This document shows positions 60,328 to 64,000 of a stretch of DNA of 64,000 bases, piece by piece; the stretch's first letter is position 1, and the number at the start of each line of letters is the position of its first letter. The notes under the pieces are model-generated. The model searched no databases, had not been told where the DNA came from, and saw nothing but the letters and a program-made list of their open reading frames with translations. Position numbers and translations under genes: made by a program. The DNA comes from Nanobdellati archaeon (GTDB lineage Archaea; EX4484-52; GLR71): NCBI GenBank assembly GCA_019429005.1, contig JAHYJR010000001.1:104663-168662 (forward strand). Reading direction: 5' to 3'.

Positions 60328-61420
60328 TTATTTTATTTCAGCAATTAAAACACGTTCACAAATGGGATCTATTTTATTTAAATTTATGAATCTAAATCTA
60401 TATGAAGGAACCCATTTTTTAATTAATTTAGGAATCTCAAAAAAATCATGACCAGTGTGATATAAACAAATCAGCAACTTTGGTTTAAATTGTTTTTTCT
60501 CCACCCTTAATTGTATCTAGTTCAAAACCTTCAATATCCATTTTAATTAGTTCAACATTATTTATCTTTTTATTTTTAATTATATTATCTATTGTTGTTA
60601 TAGTGATTGGACCTTTTTGATCATAATCTATATATGTTCCAGGTCCACCAGCCAAATTCAATTTAGCTTTTGATTCTTTTAAACCTAAAGCGAGTTTAAG
60701 GGGTGTAACCTCTTTAACCATATTATTAATTTTGATATTTTCTGTTAAAATTTTATAATTATGAGGGTCTGGTTCTATTGCAAGTATCTTACATTTTGTT
60801 TTTTTAGTAAATAACCAAGACGAATCTCCAATATAAGCACCAATATCTAATATAAAACCATTACCAAAGGGTTTATTAAAATATTTTAATCCGTATTCAT
60901 GATAAAAAACATTTGGTTCAAAATCATTTTTAATTGATTTAAAACCATTTAAACTAAAAACTTTTTTGTGTTTTATGATTTTGTTTTGTAATATATTGTA
61001 TTTTTGGTTATAAGTTGTATAATCTTTTAAATTAAATAATCTGTTTTTCGGAATAAAATCATATATAGTTATCAAAAATTTATTTCTAACAAATGTTTCT
61101 ATTTGGTTTTTATCTTTAGTATCAAACAAATCAAAATCAATTTCAGGATCTTTTTCGACACAATATTTTAAAAAATCCAAACATAATATTTTAGAACCTT
61201 TTGTAATCTGTATTAAATTATTTAAATATAAATTATTTATTAATTTAATATTATTTAAATTTTTTGAAATATATTTTTTTAGAAATGTTGGGGTTATTTT
61301 TCGATATATTTGTCTATATTTTGAGGGGTAAGTATATTGATTATATGTATTTGTTTCTTCTTTTTTAACCTTTAACAATTCATTTTTTAATAGGTCTTTA
61401 TAAAATATTAACGCTTTCAT
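60328..61420 (-). pseudogene. FkbM-family methyltransferase, frameshifted near the C-terminus
   Basis: LDIGAYIGD, IEPD and IKMDIEGFE..GGEKTI*. The expected tail KPKLLICLYHTGHDFFEIP...IAEIK* continues in another frame to 60328. Confidence 0.78.
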
Positions 61421-61693
61421 TTAATCACAGTGTATATGTTTTTTTGGTTATTTTCCAAATTAATTATTATTTATATAATACTATATTATTTTGTTAAATG
61501 TCATTTTTTTTCAAATTATTAGTAATCATTTGAATATATAGTATATATACTTAAACTAAATTGTATTGTTTAATAATAGTATGTTTTTATGGTGTCATAA
61601 ACTAGATAATCTGTTTTAAAATGGTATTCTATATATTGTGAATTTATGTTTTTAAAATCTTTTTATTAATTATATCTATTTTATTTTTTGAGT

Positions 61694-63199
61694 TTATTTA
61701 TGACTATTTTTTAATTTTTGTTTAATATTTTCAATAATTTCAAAATCATATTTATCAATTAGATTTAGTTTTAAAATATATAATATATATAATATATTTA
61801 AAATAATATAACCTAATATAATATAATAAAAAGGTATGTTTTCAAATAGGGTTTGCATTATTATATTATAAACATATATTAAAAGACCATAAAGTATAAT
61901 TGTTTTAAGTATTTTTTTATTTATTGGAACTATATTTATCTTTTTATAAATAATATATCCAAATATGAAAGACGATACTATAAGCGATATCGTAGTTGCA
62001 ATTGCACCACCATTAATGCCATATTTAGGTATTAATATAATATTTAATAGCATATTTAAAATTGCTGTTAATGTTGTTATGTATAAGAGTATTTTTGTAT
62101 TTTTTAGCAGTTTGAGCATACTATCTGTAGTTGAAAATATGCTTTTAATAAAATATCCAACCGAAAGTATTGATAATGCATATTTAGCACCGACATACTC
62201 TATTCCAAAGATAATATTTATTATATAATCTGAATAAAAGAAAATTATAAAAAATATAGGTAAATTACCCAATAGAATCCATTTATTGATTCTTAAATAT
62301 ATTTCTTTAATTATTTTCGTATTCCCTTTAGCAGATTCTGATGTAACAACAGATAAAAAGAGGAATATAAATGCATTTGGAACAATTAATAATAAGTTTG
62401 CAATTGGTACTGCTGTATTATATAGACCAACAGCCGAAATAGGTTCAAAATAACCAATCATAATTGTATCAATCCATGTTAATATTTGTGTTATTACAAC
62501 GACAAAAACAAGAGGTATCGAATAGTTCAGTAATTCGTTATTTATATATTTAGATTTTATTTTTGTATTAAATACTGGAAATACTTTATATTCAATTAAT
62601 AATATTGACAATAATAAAATAATAAATGCAGAGAATACATAAGCTATTGAGACTCCAATTAAATTATATCCTAAATAAATTAAAAAAATACTTAATGTAA
62701 CATTTAAAAAATTTTGCAGAATTTGTTGTAATATTATAACATATTTTGCATTTTCAAAACCGATACTAATACCAAAGAAAATATCACTTATTGATAAAAA
62801 AAATACAGAAAATGAAAATATCTTAAATAACGGCACTAATAATACATTATTAAATATACTTAATGATATAAATTCAGAAAATCTATATAATAAAAATGCA
62901 AATATTATTGATGATATTGTCACGATTTTCAAACTACTTACAATTACACCTTTAATATGTTCTTTGTCATTTTTACCTCGATAATAAGATACATAACGTA
63001 AAACACCACCACCTAAACCTAAGGTTGCAAGCATTGTGACAATAGAACTTATACTGAATACTAACGAAAACAATCCATATGCATCAGGACCTAAGTGAGA
63101 TATAATAATACGCCAAAGTAATGTAAATATTTTTGAGAAGGCCATACCTATAAATACAAAACCTGCACCCTTTACAATAGTGTTTAATTGTTTTTTCAT
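61694..63199 (-). CDS. Oligosaccharide flippase (Wzx/MOP family, AglR-like)
   Basis: LGPDAYG, WIDTIMIG..VGLYN.A and LIPKYGINGGA; many TM helices. Confidence 0.9.
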   Translation of the reverse strand: MKKQLNTIVKGAGFVFIGMAFSKIFTLLWRIIISHLGPDAYGLFSLVFSISSIVTMLATLGLGGGVLRYVSYYRGKNDKEHIKGVIVSSLKIVTISSIIFAFLLYRFSEFISLSIFNNVLLVPLFKIFSFSVFFLSISDIFFGISIGFENAKYVIILQQILQNFLNVTLSIFLIYLGYNLIGVSIAYVFSAFIILLLSILLIEYKVFPVFNTKIKSKYINNELLNYSIPLVFVVVITQILTWIDTIMIGYFEPISAVGLYNTAVPIANLLLIVPNAFIFLFLSVVTSESAKGNTKIIKEIYLRINKWILLGNLPIFFIIFFYSDYIINIIFGIEYVGAKYALSILSVGYFIKSIFSTTDSMLKLLKNTKILLYITTLTAILNMLLNIILIPKYGINGGAIATTISLIVSSFIFGYIIYKKINIVPINKKILKTIILYGLLIYVYNIIMQTLFENIPFYYIILGYIILNILYILYILKLNLIDKYDFEIIENIKQKLKNSHK

Positions 63200-63331
63200 T
63201 TTATCTAATCCTATAATTTATAATTATATCATTATTAAATATACTTAGAGTGTACATGTTTATAATTAATAGTTTTTAAAATAGCAAATAAAGACACTAA
63301 TAATTTCGTTTAAAACGATTATTTCAAACAT

Positions 63332-64000
63332 CTATTTAACTTCTAAAAGATTCTGTCTATACCATTCATTAAATGCAAAGATATGCCACATATAAGTTGC
63401 AGTATGACCTGTTTGTTTTTTATTAATATTATTTATAATCTTTGAAACAATATTTTTATTATATATCTTTTTTATTGCGGGTTCTTCAAAACTATTTATA
63501 AATCTGTCTTTAAAATCATGTTGTATCCATTTTGTTATTGGTGTGCCATATCCCTGTTTTTTTCGATTTATGATTTCTTTTGGTAATAACTTTTTTACTG
63601 CTTTTTTAAGGATATATTTTGACACATTATTTTTCATTTTTAATTCAGGTGGGGTTGAGAACATAAATTCTATAAGTTTTTTATCTAGAAGAATAACTCG
63701 TTCTTCAACGGAATTTAACATAGTTGATTTATCTGCTTTCATTAAAAACTTTTCAGGCAACAAATTTTTACAATCTAGCCACAACATTTGATTTAATTTA
63801 TTTTTGATATTTTTGGGATAAAGGATTTTATCCGATTCGGTTATATATTCTGTATTTATTAGTTTTTTAGTTTCATTATCCGTAATGCTTTTTGTGGTAT
63901 ATTGGTGTTTATCATAAAAGTTTTTCTGTGTGAAATATAAAACGTTCCTAAATATTTTATTTTGAAATGGATCATCATTATATGGCATTCTTGAGACTGT
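63332..64000 (-). CDS. asnB: C-terminal part of a second AsnB-type amidotransferase (starts beyond the window)
   Basis: LPEKFLMKADK..M.NSVEERV..LD and RKKQGY.TP. Confidence 0.85.
   Translation of the reverse strand, partial: TVSRMPYNDDPFQNKIFRNVLYFTQKNFYDKHQYTTKSITDNETKKLINTEYITESDKILYPKNIKNKLNQMLWLDCKNLLPEKFLMKADKSTMLNSVEERVILLDKKLIEFMFSTPPELKMKNNVSKYILKKAVKKLLPKEIINRKKQGYGTPITKWIQHDFKDRFINSFEEPAIKKIYNKNIVSKIINNINKKQTGHTATYMWHIFAFNEWYRQNLLEVK

Noticed and set aside
5016-63791. Many 60-216 aa ORFs antisense to or nested in assigned genes (e.g. 45061-45711, 25244-25732, 38879-39343)
   Set aside because: Shadow ORFs of well-supported genes, with no motifs or start signals.

Overview
AT-rich archaeal chromosomal segment. 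The gene set and style suggest a DPANN lineage such as Aenigmarchaeota, which is inference only. (1) 1-15 kb is a replication/repair cluster: dnaG, hjc, cdc6/orc1, EndoQ, and PolD DP1 and DP2. It holds two separate clusters of origin-recognition-box (ORB)-like 21-mers: three beside cdc6, and about eight co-oriented copies in a degenerate ~178-bp triplicated module just downstream of DP2. (2) 15-32 kb is housekeeping: iscS-iscU, split ADP-forming acetyl-CoA synthetase, archaetidylserine synthase/decarboxylase, histone, SAMP, Lrp, RbgA-type GTPase, PfkB, SecDF and a GGR-family reductase. (3) 32-64 kb is a large aglB-centred surface-glycosylation island with five GT-C membrane glycosyltransferases, seven SAM methyltransferases, a B12 radical SAM enzyme and two AsnB-type amidotransferases. 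Three of its genes are frameshifted and one is a short remnant. Not in the ORF track: an H/ACA guide RNA whose pocket fits 23S helix 69, a C/D box sRNA, three microproteins, and many near-perfect tandem-repeat arrays in divergent intergenic regions and in DnaG, DP1 and the GGR-family protein. No tRNA, rRNA, CRISPR array or transposase was recognised.
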